A stretch of DNA of 64,000 nt from an uncultured Ruminiclostridium sp. GTDB taxonomy: Bacteria; Bacillota; Clostridia; Oscillospirales; Ruminococcaceae. The position numbers were made by a program, and so were the translations under genes. The stretch covers positions 161 to 64,160 of the forward strand of contig CAJUQV010000018.1 of assembly GCA_910588335.1 (NCBI GenBank), given 5' to 3'. Positions 19,456 to 28,649 of this stretch are shown piece by piece. The stretch's first letter is position 1. Every line of letters begins with the position of its first letter. The notes beneath the pieces are model-generated. The model searched no databases and was not told the origin of the DNA. It was given only the letters and a program-made list of their open reading frames with translations.

Positions 19456-20301
19456 CTAAGCTATCATGCAAACCGGCTCTATAAAAGAAAAGGCAATGTA
19501 CAGAAAAGGCGCCACAAAAAGCACGCTGTCAAACCTGTCCAATATACCTCCGTGACCGGGAATAATATTGCCGAAATCCTTTACCATACACTGTCTTTTC
19601 AGAAGCGAAGCGGAAAAATCACCGACAACACCCAATACAGAGCCTATTACCGCAATCAGCACAAGATATAAAACATTGACCTTAAAGGAAATTACGCCGT
19701 TCATCATTCCGTCAATCCAAGGATAACCGAATCCTACAATCACCGCCGTTATAATTGCGGCGGCAAGTCCGCCGAAAAAACCTTCCCATGATTTTTTCGG
19801 GCTGATCTTAGGCGCCATTTTATGCTTTCCGAAAGCAGAACCGATAAAATAAGCGCCCGCGTCGCTTATCCATGGTATTAAAAGGGCAAGAACCACATAA
19901 TAAACTCCGGTTTCAAAGTTTTTATGCAAAAATACAATTGTAGAAAGCGAAAGAGGTATCAGGAAAGATACGAAACTCATAAGAGCTATCTCTTCAAATC
20001 TCACTTTTTCGTGATCAAAAAGCATTATAACAAACATTATAAGTAAAAACGTTCCCGCCAGCATCGGGAAAAAACGCTTGATAGGATCAATACACAAAAA
20101 AGTAGGCATTACGGTGGCATAGATCATACATACTGCCGCCACGCCTTTATTTGAAAAATATTTAGTGGCAAGCAGCACTTCGCCAACCGCCAAAGCAGCG
20201 GCAAAGGTCATTGCCACAAGTATAACCGCCGTATTATCCAAATATAAAAGAAATATCAGCAATGGAACAGCAACAGCCGCCGTTAATATTCTTGTCAACA
20301 T
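19456..20301 (-). CDS. cdsA: phosphatidate cytidylyltransferase
   Basis: Signature SLLKRQCMVKDFGNIIPGHGGILDRFDS. I prefer the ATG at 20301 (RBS AAAGGA) over the GTG at 20349. Confidence 0.85.
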   Translation of the reverse strand: MLTRILTAAVAVPLLIFLLYLDNTAVILVAMTFAAALAVGEVLLATKYFSNKGVAAVCMIYATVMPTFLCIDPIKRFFPMLAGTFLLIMFVIMLFDHEKVRFEEIALMSFVSFLIPLSLSTIVFLHKNFETGVYYVVLALLIPWISDAGAYFIGSAFGKHKMAPKISPKKSWEGFFGGLAAAIITAVIVGFGYPWIDGMMNGVISFKVNVLYLVLIAVIGSVLGVVGDFSASLLKRQCMVKDFGNIIPGHGGILDRFDSVLFVAPFLYIAFSFIEPVCMIA

Positions 20302-20370
20302 AGAAACCGTCCTTTGATTGAGAAGCAGCGCCCCAATTTGAAAATTCACCGGAGCTGCAAAATAAAGCGT

Positions 20371-20456
20371 TATACCAATCCCTTTTTAAACTATGGATAA
20401 AAAGTGTTGCACCAAAAACACTAATCCGGCAGTTTAAAAAGGGATTAGTATTAAAC
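20371..20456 (+). repeat. repeat family 1, variant subfamily copy (same termini, different core)
   Basis: TATACCAATCCCTTTTTAAACT...AGTTTAAAAAGGGATTAGTATTAAAC, with 16-bp arms AATCCCTTTTTAAACT/AGTTTAAAAAGGGATT. The terminal TTA (20451-20453) is the uppS stop codon on the minus strand. Confidence 0.5.
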
Positions 20457-21170
20457 TCCGCCGAAGCGGCGATCCCTTTTACCGTATTCCAATAATGCGT
20501 TTATAAGATCCCGCTCTGTAAAATCCGGCCACAAAACGTCCATAAACACAAACTCGGCATATGCCGACTGCCATATAAGAAAATTAGACAGACGCTTTTC
20601 GCCGCTGGGACGTATTACAAGATCCACATCGGGAAGATCACTTGTATAAAGAAACCGCGAAAAGTTTTTTTCGTTCAGCTCCTCCAGTGTTATTTCTCCC
20701 GATTTATAAAGCTCCGCCGCGTGTTTTGCCCCGTTTACGATTTCCTCTCTGCCTCCGTAATTAAAGGCTATGCAGCACCACATTCCCGTATTCTCGGCGG
20801 ACATAGCCTCCGCCTCTTCCATTTTTTGTCTTACCTCTCCCGGCAAACTATCTCTGCTTCCTATAAATCTCAGCCTTATGTTTTTTGAATTAAGCTTCAT
20901 CATCTCGTCCATAAAGCTGCAAAACAGCTTCATCAGAGAATCCACTTCTTCCTTCGGTCTCGACCAGTTTTCGGTGGAAAAGGCGTAAAACGTTACACAG
21001 GGTATGCCGAGTTCAACGCAACTGTTCAAACAACTGCGGAAAGCCTTAGCCCCCTGTGAATGACCCAATTTTCTCGGCAGAAAACGCTTTTTAGCCCATC
21101 TGCCGTTGCCGTCCATAATAATACCTATATGCTTTATGTCAAGACTTCCGACTATGTTTTCCTTATCCAC
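20451..21170 (-). CDS. uppS: undecaprenyl (isoprenyl) diphosphate synthase
   Basis: 239 aa with IIMDGNGRWAK, FSTENWSRP, RLSNFLIWQ motifs. Confidence 0.93.
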   Translation of the reverse strand: MDKENIVGSLDIKHIGIIMDGNGRWAKKRFLPRKLGHSQGAKAFRSCLNSCVELGIPCVTFYAFSTENWSRPKEEVDSLMKLFCSFMDEMMKLNSKNIRLRFIGSRDSLPGEVRQKMEEAEAMSAENTGMWCCIAFNYGGREEIVNGAKHAAELYKSGEITLEELNEKNFSRFLYTSDLPDVDLVIRPSGEKRLSNFLIWQSAYAEFVFMDVLWPDFTERDLINALLEYGKRDRRFGGV

Positions 21171-21724
21171 TATATCGTCATTATTTCCTTTTCTTTTTCC
21201 TTGCCTGCCGCGTCAACCTTGTCACAGTAGCTGTCGGTAAGCTTTTGTATATCCTTTTCGCAATTCTTCATATCGTCTTCGGTAATCTCGGAGTTTTTCT
21301 TCATCGCCTTAAACTTATCCATGGCGTCGCGACGGATGTTGCGGACAGTCACTTTGGCTTCCTCACAGTACTTGGATACCTGCTTTACAAGCTCCTTTCT
21401 CCGCTCTTCGGTAAGCTGCGGAAAAACAATACGCAGACATTTGCCGTCATTGGTGGGCGTGATGCCGATGTCGCTTGCCATAATCGCTTTTTCGATAGAT
21501 TTCATAGAAGAAATATCCCAAGGCTGAATTACAAGTATGCGTGCTTCGGAAACGGAGATTGCAGCCATGGCGTTTATCTGTGTGGGAGTTCCGTAATAAT
21601 CCACGGTTATTTTATCAAGAATCGCGGGATTTGCTCTGCCTGCGCGAATAGTTGAAAACTCGTGCTGCAAAGACGCCACGCATTTTTCCATTTTCTTTTT
21701 TGAATTATCAATTACTTCTTTCAT
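21170..21724 (-). CDS. frr: ribosome recycling factor
   Basis: 184 aa with full-length RRF resemblance, in the conserved position between pyrH and uppS. Confidence 0.95.
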   Translation of the reverse strand: MKEVIDNSKKKMEKCVASLQHEFSTIRAGRANPAILDKITVDYYGTPTQINAMAAISVSEARILVIQPWDISSMKSIEKAIMASDIGITPTNDGKCLRIVFPQLTEERRKELVKQVSKYCEEAKVTVRNIRRDAMDKFKAMKKNSEITEDDMKNCEKDIQKLTDSYCDKVDAAGKEKEKEIMTI

Positions 21725-21803
21725 AACTTAAATTCCTTTCTTACATACACGGTTCTTCCGCGTAATAACGTTTTGTTATTGTTGTTTAAAAATACAATAC
21801 CTT

Positions 21804-21861
21804 TACCAATCTTCGGTCAAAGTATAGACAAATAATATGACTGACCAAAGATTGGTATTAA
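21804..21861 (+). repeat. repeat family 1 copy, hairpin module 1 only
   Basis: TACCAATCTTCGGTCAAAG TATAGACAAATAATATGAC TGACCAAAGATTGGTATTAA. The loop matches the other copies. The stem change GAT>GGT is compensated by ATC>ACC. Confidence 0.65.
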
Positions 21862-21885
21862 TTGACTTTCGATATATGGTAAAAA

Positions 21886-22614
21886 CTAATTACGGATATT
21901 ATTTACAAGTGTACCCACTTTCTCGCCCATTACCGCATCGTAAATATTATCGGGGCGGCGAAGGTCAAAGACTATGAGTGGTATATCATTGTCGCTGCAC
22001 ATAGCGGCGGCCGTTCCATCAAGTACCATAAGACCGGCAGCGAGAATATCATGATGACTTAAATGTTCAAACTTCACGGCATCATTATAGCGGTTGGGAT
22101 CCTTGTCATAAACGCCGTCCACCATTGTGGCCTTCAAAAGAACGTCAACCTCAAGCTCCGCCGCCCTAAGCGACGCGGCGGAATCGGTGGAAAAGAAGGG
22201 ACTTCCCGTACCACATCCAAAAATGACAATCCTGCCCTTTTCAAAATGACGTAGCGCTTTTTGTCTTATATAAGGTTCTGCAAGGGAGCGCATTTCTATC
22301 GCGGTCTGTACTCTTACCTCACAACCTAAGCCTTCTAAAACATCCGCTACCGCCAAAGCGTTCATGGTAGTGGCAAGCATACCTATGTGATCCGCTCTGA
22401 CCCTATCCATAGTGCCGCTTGCTCTGCCGCGCCAAAAATTTCCGCCGCCTACCACAATGCCTATCTGCGTACCTATGTCATAGCACTTCTTGATGCTTTG
22501 ACATATTTTTTCGATAGTAGGTATATCAAGCCCCGTTTTTTTGTCACCCGCCAAGGCTTCTCCGCTAAGCTTCAGAAGTATTCTTTTGTATTTTGGAGTA
22601 ATGTCTTCACTCAT
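21886..22614 (-). CDS. pyrH: UMP kinase
   Basis: 242 aa with the LKLSGEAL and GGGNFWRG motifs. Confidence 0.95.
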   Translation of the reverse strand: MSEDITPKYKRILLKLSGEALAGDKKTGLDIPTIEKICQSIKKCYDIGTQIGIVVGGGNFWRGRASGTMDRVRADHIGMLATTMNALAVADVLEGLGCEVRVQTAIEMRSLAEPYIRQKALRHFEKGRIVIFGCGTGSPFFSTDSAASLRAAELEVDVLLKATMVDGVYDKDPNRYNDAVKFEHLSHHDILAAGLMVLDGTAAAMCSDNDIPLIVFDLRRPDNIYDAVMGEKVGTLVNNIRN

Positions 22615-22719
22615 AACGAAAATTTCCCTTCTTATATTGATATAACATATATTTTGTTTCCCAAAGCAAAATAATAACCCTCAAACATATCTTCGCATGT
22701 TCATCATCTGCATCTGCAC

Positions 22720-23958
22720 TTAATAATCAAGAACTCTGATTTTCCCCTTTATTTCAGCAATTTCCGAAAGCATTTCACAATCCGATGCAAACTTGTGTTC
22801 GCTTGTCTTCGCTGTTATAAACGCGGCTTCGTTTTCACCTTCTTCGTCTCTGTGAAGTATTTTCAGCTTACCCCACATTTCCTCCGCTTTCTTTAATACA
22901 GCCGCTTTATCCTTACAAATTACTCTTACATAAAATTTATTTTCAAGTATATTGTGATTCAAAACAAACTCGCTGTCCGAATCTTCCCAATAAAGCGATT
23001 TGCTGTTGTTGTGCATTTTGGCGGCCATAATTACATCGGATACAACCGCGCTTGCGGTGGGAAGTTTTCCGGCTCCCTTTCCGTAAAACACTACGTCTCC
23101 GGTAGCGTCTCCTCTTACAAGAATAGCGTTAAATACGTCGTTGACGCCTGCTAATTGACTTTCCGAAGCTATAAAAGCGGGACACACCATAACGGCGACT
23201 CTCTCATCACGTCTGCTTGCCCAGCCGATAAGCTTTAAAGCTCCTCCGAAGTCGCTGCAATACTGAACGTCTTCAAGAGTCACATCGGTTATGCCCTCGG
23301 TATAAACATCCTTCGGATACACATGCTTTCCAAAAGCCAAAGACGCTAAAATACATATTTTACGGCAAGCGTCGTGTCCCTCCACATCGGCCGCAGGATT
23401 TCTTTCGGCGTAGCCTAATTTCTGAGCGGTAGCAAGAGCGTCGTCAAAAGCCATTCCCTCGTTTATCATCTTTGTGAGTATAAAATTGGTGGTGCCGTTT
23501 AAAATACCCGCTATCTCGTCAATTTCATTGGCGGACATACAGTGGTGAAGAGGACGTATAATGGGTATTCCTCCTCCGACGCTGGCCTCGAAAAAGAAAT
23601 TGACCTTCTTTTCCCTTGCAATATGAAGAAGCTCGGCACCCTTTTCCGCCACAAGCTCCTTATTTGAGGTAACAACACTTTTTCCTGTCTCCAAAAGCGA
23701 TTTTACAAAGCCGTACGAAGGATTCAATCCGCCTATTACCTCAACGACAACCGTAATTTCCGGATCCTTCAGTATAACATCAAAATCCTTTATAAATTTA
23801 TCGTCATAAGGCGTCCCGTTAAAGTCTCTTAAATCGAGAATATATTTAATATCCGCTTTATCGCCTATCTTGCTTTCAATTCCCGAAAGATTTTTATAAA
23901 AAACCTCCACGGTACCGGAGCCTACTACGCCGTAACCCATAACCGCTATTTTAACCAT
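22720..23958 (-). CDS. hom: homoserine dehydrogenase with C-terminal ACT-like domain
   Basis: 412 aa with N-terminal GYGVVGSG Rossmann motif, a central NAD/homoserine DH core, and a C-terminal regulatory extension. Confidence 0.88.
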   Translation of the reverse strand: MVKIAVMGYGVVGSGTVEVFYKNLSGIESKIGDKADIKYILDLRDFNGTPYDDKFIKDFDVILKDPEITVVVEVIGGLNPSYGFVKSLLETGKSVVTSNKELVAEKGAELLHIAREKKVNFFFEASVGGGIPIIRPLHHCMSANEIDEIAGILNGTTNFILTKMINEGMAFDDALATAQKLGYAERNPAADVEGHDACRKICILASLAFGKHVYPKDVYTEGITDVTLEDVQYCSDFGGALKLIGWASRRDERVAVMVCPAFIASESQLAGVNDVFNAILVRGDATGDVVFYGKGAGKLPTASAVVSDVIMAAKMHNNSKSLYWEDSDSEFVLNHNILENKFYVRVICKDKAAVLKKAEEMWGKLKILHRDEEGENEAAFITAKTSEHKFASDCEMLSEIAEIKGKIRVLDY

Positions 23959-24021
23959 TTTTTCCTGTTACCGTCCTTCTGACCTTCTTTTATTTTAATT
24001 ACATTTATTATATACCACTTA

Positions 24022-24050
24022 ATTATAGCATATTTTTCTAAATCTTACAA
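24022..24050 (-). promoter_or_regulatory. candidate promoter of hom
   Basis: Minus strand TTGTAA-17 nt-TATAAT with a TGC extended -10. Confidence 0.45.
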
Positions 24051-24256
24051 GCTTTTTAAAAAATTTTTTATTTTTTCACACAATCCGCAAAAAAATTTAA
24101 AGTCAGGATATGTTTGGAAGAATCAGAACCGAAATTGGCCTTATCAACAAACATTCCCGACTTTGATATTTTGCGTTAAGCATAACACAGCGTTTCTCAA
24201 AAGTCTTATGCTTTTCTATTTTGCCTATTATATATTATCACGAACAAGCACATTTT

Positions 24257-25693
24257 TTAATAAGCTTTGCCCCAGCAAACCATATGCTTTGCCGGCTTTC
24301 CGCAGCAAACACATTTATCGGATATCTCCTTTTGTTCAAAAGGAATGCATCTTGATCCTACTCCCGTAACCTCTTTGACCTTGTCCTCACACGCTTCGTC
24401 GCCGCACCACATGGCATGAACAAAACCGTCGCCGCTCTCGGAAAGCTTTCGTGTAATTTCTTCCATAGATGTGCAGTTATAAGTACGTCTTTGCATATTG
24501 TCGTAGGCCATATTATATATATTATCGGCAAAGGCTTTAAGCAAAGCCTCCACGTTTTTCTCAAGCTCGTCCAGCTTTACAAAGGTCTTTTCGCGGTTAT
24601 CTCTGCGAACGATAACGCACTGATCGTTTTCAATATCCTTAGGACCTACTTCAAGCCTTAAAGGAACGCCCTTCATTTCATACTCGGAGAATTTCCATCC
24701 GGGACTGTTATCGCTGTCGTCAATCTTCACTCTGTATTTATCTTTAAGTCGATCCGCTATCTCCCGCGCTTTCTCCAAAACTCCGTCCTTATGCTGATTT
24801 ACTGGAATAATTACAACCTGAACGGGCGCTATTGCGGGAGGAAGGACGAGTCCGTTATCGTCTCCGTGAGACATTATAACGGCTCCTATAAGCCTTGTGC
24901 TTACTCCCCATGAGGTTTCGTATACATATTCGAGCTTGTTTTCCTTACTTGTATAGGTAATGTCAAAAGCCTTGGCAAAGCCGTTGCCGAAATAATGAGA
25001 TGTGCCCGCTTGGAGAGCTTTGCCGTCGTGCATAAGAGCCTCGATAGCATATGTGGCCTCCGCACCCGCAAACTTGTCGCTTTCCGTCTTTTTTCCTTTT
25101 ATAACAGGCATATTAAGGGATTTTTCGCAAAAATCTGCGTAGATATTCAGCATTCTTTCCGTTTCGTCAATCGCTTCATCGGGCGTAGCGTGAACGGTAT
25201 GCCCCTCCTGCCACAAAAATTCTCTCGACCTTAAAAAGGGACGGGTGGTCTTTTCCCAGCGAACTACCGAACACCACTGATTATAAAGCTTGGGCAAATC
25301 TCTGTGAGAATGTACTATATTAGAGTAATGCTCACAAAAAAGCGTCTCTGAGGTAGGTCTTACGCAAAGGCGTTCTGGCAGCTTTTCGCTGCCGCCATGA
25401 GTCACCCACGCCACTTCGGGAGCAAATCCCTTGACGTGATCCTTCTCTTTATTCAATAGACTTTCGGAAATAAACATGGGCATATAAACGTTTTCGTGTC
25501 CCGTATCCTTGAACATTTTATCGAGTATTTTCTGCATATTCTCCCATATTGCGTAGCCATAAGGTCTTATTATCATACAGCCCTTGACGCTGGAATAATC
25601 AATAAGATCGGCTTTCTTAACAATATCCGTATACCACTGGGCAAAATCCTCGTCTCTTGAGGTTATCGCCTCAACCATTTTTTTCTCCGCCAT
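24257..25693 (-). CDS. proS: proline--tRNA ligase, archaeal/eukaryote-like type (no INS editing domain)
   Basis: 478 aa class II aaRS. It has the C-terminal Cys cluster domain ([20 protein letters not shown]) typical of the short ProRS type. Confidence 0.92.
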   Translation of the reverse strand: MAEKKMVEAITSRDEDFAQWYTDIVKKADLIDYSSVKGCMIIRPYGYAIWENMQKILDKMFKDTGHENVYMPMFISESLLNKEKDHVKGFAPEVAWVTHGGSEKLPERLCVRPTSETLFCEHYSNIVHSHRDLPKLYNQWCSVVRWEKTTRPFLRSREFLWQEGHTVHATPDEAIDETERMLNIYADFCEKSLNMPVIKGKKTESDKFAGAEATYAIEALMHDGKALQAGTSHYFGNGFAKAFDITYTSKENKLEYVYETSWGVSTRLIGAVIMSHGDDNGLVLPPAIAPVQVVIIPVNQHKDGVLEKAREIADRLKDKYRVKIDDSDNSPGWKFSEYEMKGVPLRLEVGPKDIENDQCVIVRRDNREKTFVKLDELEKNVEALLKAFADNIYNMAYDNMQRRTYNCTSMEEITRKLSESGDGFVHAMWCGDEACEDKVKEVTGVGSRCIPFEQKEISDKCVCCGKPAKHMVCWGKAY

Positions 25694-25732
25694 TTGATAA
25701 TACTTCCTTCCTTTTGTTATTTACTTTTTTAT

Positions 25733-25761
25733 ATTATATAGCATTTTCCCGCCTTTTGCAA
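25733..25761 (-). promoter_or_regulatory. candidate promoter of proS
   Basis: Minus strand TTGCAA-17 nt-TATAAT. The leader is only about 40 nt, so there is no T-box. Confidence 0.45.
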
Positions 25762-25811
25762 GCAAAAGAATAAATTTTCTTTCGATTTTGTCAAAAATCA
25801 CGATTAACGTA

Positions 25812-25840
25812 TTCCATTTTTTGAAAAAATGTGCTATAAT
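25812..25840 (+). promoter_or_regulatory. candidate extended -10 promoter for the two-gene islet
   Basis: TGCTATAAT at 25832-25840 with a weak -35 TTCCAT 17 nt upstream. Confidence 0.3.
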
Positions 25841-25927
25841 ATTATCATGCGTTTTGAAGTTGGCTTTATTAAACTTTAACCGCAGCTTATATAAACAACT
25901 CCTAAATTGAAAGGAATGGGCGTACAT

Positions 25928-26794
25928 ATGGCTTTTGAAACCGTAAACGGACAAAAGGTCTTTTCCTCCACGACCGGAATGACCTATATATTCGGAGATT
26001 ATTTTGTCGTCTTTCGCGGCGATAATTTTCAACCGGAAATTTACGAATGGGGAGATGTAACCTCCGTAAATGACGGAATAACGGAAATGGTCATTACTAC
26101 CGACTCCGCCGTATATACCATAGAAAGGAACGCTTTCCGCTCGGACGATCAATACCTGAGCGTAAGAGCTATAATAGAAGGGCAAATAGCCGTTCATCCC
26201 ACCATAAAATACAAATTCAACAAGCGGATACTTCCTCTTAAATTTCTATACCGCAATATCACTACGCCAAATGCTTATGTAATGCGCGGCGTGTATGAAG
26301 AAAAGGTCATAAATTCCTGCAATATTTCTCTTGTAAGCGCAAAATATGGACGTTATATCTTTTTATTTGCGCTGATTCTTATAATTGTGATATTTGCCGC
26401 TCTTGTCAAAATCATGGGAACACTTGCCGACGACTGGTATTATTGTCTTCCGATAGCGCTTTTTTCGGGAATAATTATTTCTGTTGCAATATATCTTGTG
26501 GTGGGAATGACCGCGCGGCATAAATACAATCAGGTAAATAAAGTCGACCCGGCACTATCAAAAGAAATAACAATCGTTGTTGCTCCCGAAGGCTTTGCCG
26601 CGATAGAAAGCTGCGTATATACCGGACACGACCTTATACCTTGGAATGAAGCGAGCTTTTTTATAGAGACGCACGTGGGCGTTGTCGTTTTCAGGGATAA
26701 CGAGTCGGTTTTCTGGCTCCCCAAAAGCTACATACCAAAAAACGAGCAAAATAATCTTATAAGCATCATTGCCACGAGAGTAAAGCAAAGATAA
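25928..26794 (+). CDS. YcxB-like membrane protein (PH-like domain, 2 TM helices, PH-like domain); function unknown
   Basis: Two hydrophobic helices (YIFLFALILIIVIFAALVKIMG, LPIALFSGIIISVAIYLVVGM) followed by a YcxB-type C-terminal beta-rich domain. I prefer the ATG at 25928 (AGGA 12 nt upstream) over the TTG at 25907. Confidence 0.55.
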   Translation: MAFETVNGQKVFSSTTGMTYIFGDYFVVFRGDNFQPEIYEWGDVTSVNDGITEMVITTDSAVYTIERNAFRSDDQYLSVRAIIEGQIAVHPTIKYKFNKRILPLKFLYRNITTPNAYVMRGVYEEKVINSCNISLVSAKYGRYIFLFALILIIVIFAALVKIMGTLADDWYYCLPIALFSGIIISVAIYLVVGMTARHKYNQVNKVDPALSKEITIVVAPEGFAAIESCVYTGHDLIPWNEASFFIETHVGVVVFRDNESVFWLPKSYIPKNEQNNLISIIATRVKQR

Positions 26795-26856
26795 AAAATT
26801 ATTTCAATTACATCAAGCGATATTTTAAAACCCGCTGAAGGAAGGTAAGAAAACAA

Positions 26857-28308
26857 ATGAAAACTTCTATCGCATCGGAATCACATATTATAAACAATAA
26901 AGAATACACCATATTGGGAGTTACAAAAAGCCCGGGCAGCTTTGGAATATGCAATACAACAATACAGCGCGACAGAGAAATAAAGGAGACATTCTTCATA
27001 GGACATGAAGCTCTAATCAATATAATCCAGAAAAGCGTTAACGACAAATACTCCAATAAAATTCTCCATCAGATTTCCACAATTGAGCGCTGCGGGGACT
27101 TTTCAAGAAGAGTAGCTCTTTCTTGTACCGATTATTTTGAAAATAACAAAAATATACAGGCTGCTTTAGAACCTGTTCTCGATTATTTAAAAAACGGTCT
27201 TTACGTTATTTACGAAAACGAAATGTTTCCTACCGACGGAGGAGGAAGCTTTTTTTGGTCAAGCTATATGATGAGCCATGAATTCGGAGGCTCTTCTACT
27301 TTCAGTTCCGTATGCAAATTGGATTATGACGTTCCTCCCGCGTTTCTTGTGCCTACCGAAGGGTTATCTACATTTAACGATAAATCTCTTAACGCTTCTA
27401 TCGAAAAGGTAAAAAAAGACGAAGAGGCGGTGGGGCTGTGTTTCCATCTGACCGGTATGTTCTGCGCGCTGTTGTCCAATCATCATGATGTAGCCGCGGC
27501 GCTGATGCTTAATAAAAAAGTGCGCTGCCTTGTAATAGAGCCTATAAAGTATATTTTGTCAACAAACGACTTTGAACACAAAAAAACCTCCGACGAAGCC
27601 GAAAACGAAAAATATATTTACACTTGCTGCGCAAAAATTCCGCTTAGCAAGATTTCACAGCCTTTGCTTGAGACTTTTTTCATTACACGAACCTGTGAGA
27701 CGGGAAAATATACTGACTCCGTAATATACAACAGCGAAAAATCATCGCATTTAAAAGGCAAAAAAACATTGCCCAAAGGAATAATCGAAAAATGTGACAA
27801 GCTCCCTGACTGTGAGATGCTTCAATCAGCCGCTATGATAAGTTATCTTTCCGAGGAGGAGATCAGTGCGCTTTTACAAGGCGAGACAATGCTCAACGAT
27901 AGTTATATTATCAATAAAAATTATTATACAAGCATAACAATAGCGCTTTCCTATCTCCAATACAAAAATTTCAGCAGGTTTCTTGAATTTGCTGTGGACA
28001 TACTGAAAAACGAAGAATTGTCTGCGGTTCATCAATATGTGGCCACACGACTTCAACCTATTATGAACGAAAAAATATCTATAATGTTCAAAGAGATTCT
28101 TGAAAGCGAAAATCCTGTTTACGGACCCATAAAAACACTGGCCGAAAAATACACAAAACGTTATAAGGCTTATACGGAAACACCGCCGGAGGAAAAAACT
28201 TCACGTGCCGAAGCAGTGCCTATGAAGCGCAATCTGGAAAATGAAATAAACGCGCTTGAGATGGCTAAGAGAATACAATCATCCAAGGTTGAAAGAAACT
28301 TAAACTAA
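26857..28308 (+). CDS. hypothetical protein, 483 aa, no family recognised
   Basis: Long uninterrupted ORF with RBS GAAGGAAGG, a Lys/Asn/Glu-rich composition and a coiled-coil-like C-terminal tail. No catalytic motif that I can place. Confidence 0.6.
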   Translation: MKTSIASESHIINNKEYTILGVTKSPGSFGICNTTIQRDREIKETFFIGHEALINIIQKSVNDKYSNKILHQISTIERCGDFSRRVALSCTDYFENNKNIQAALEPVLDYLKNGLYVIYENEMFPTDGGGSFFWSSYMMSHEFGGSSTFSSVCKLDYDVPPAFLVPTEGLSTFNDKSLNASIEKVKKDEEAVGLCFHLTGMFCALLSNHHDVAAALMLNKKVRCLVIEPIKYILSTNDFEHKKTSDEAENEKYIYTCCAKIPLSKISQPLLETFFITRTCETGKYTDSVIYNSEKSSHLKGKKTLPKGIIEKCDKLPDCEMLQSAAMISYLSEEEISALLQGETMLNDSYIINKNYYTSITIALSYLQYKNFSRFLEFAVDILKNEELSAVHQYVATRLQPIMNEKISIMFKEILESENPVYGPIKTLAEKYTKRYKAYTETPPEEKTSRAEAVPMKRNLENEINALEMAKRIQSSKVERNLN

Positions 28309-28502
28309 AAAATACGTATTTAAAGCGGTAGCTTAAATAAGCTGATGCAATTGTAAAGCAACTGTTTGGTGGGGAATTTTACTCCCACTGAACCGAAAGA
28401 CGTCCCCAAACTAAGAGGTTGAGGACATTGGGCAGCAGTTATATAAATATGCAAAATTTTGTTTGTATTATTTTTACTATATTTGTAATTGTATAAAATA
28501 AA

Positions 28503-28530
28503 AGCAGGCTGCAAAACCGCGCCGCCTGCT
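28503..28530. terminator. bidirectional rho-independent terminator between the islet and ackA
   Basis: AGCAGGC-N14-GCCTGCT stem with AAAA upstream and TTTATAATTT downstream. Confidence 0.6.
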
Positions 28531-28626
28531 TTATAATTTATAAAAACAATACTTTTACTAATTCCTCATTGAAAGTGTGCACAAAAATTCTTCGCAAAAA
28601 CCTTATACCGAATTTTTATACACTTT

Positions 28627-28644
28627 CTAATGGGATTAGTATTA
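28627..28644 (+). repeat. minimal, termini-only version of repeat family 1 (variant subfamily)
   Basis: CTAATGGGATTAGTATTA, i.e. left-end CTAAT plus right-end GATTAGTATTA, located 6 nt from the ackA stop codon. Confidence 0.35.
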
Positions 28645-28649
28645 GGTTA

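Noticed and set aside
28330-28450. Small hairpins downstream of the 483-aa ORF (GTGGGGA-ATTTTAC-TCCCAC, AGCTT-AAAT-AAGCT, CCCAA...TTGGG), considered as a possible sRNA or riboswitch.
   Set aside because: I could not match them to any known RNA family consensus. There is no promoter-like element on either strand, and the stems are short enough to arise by chance.
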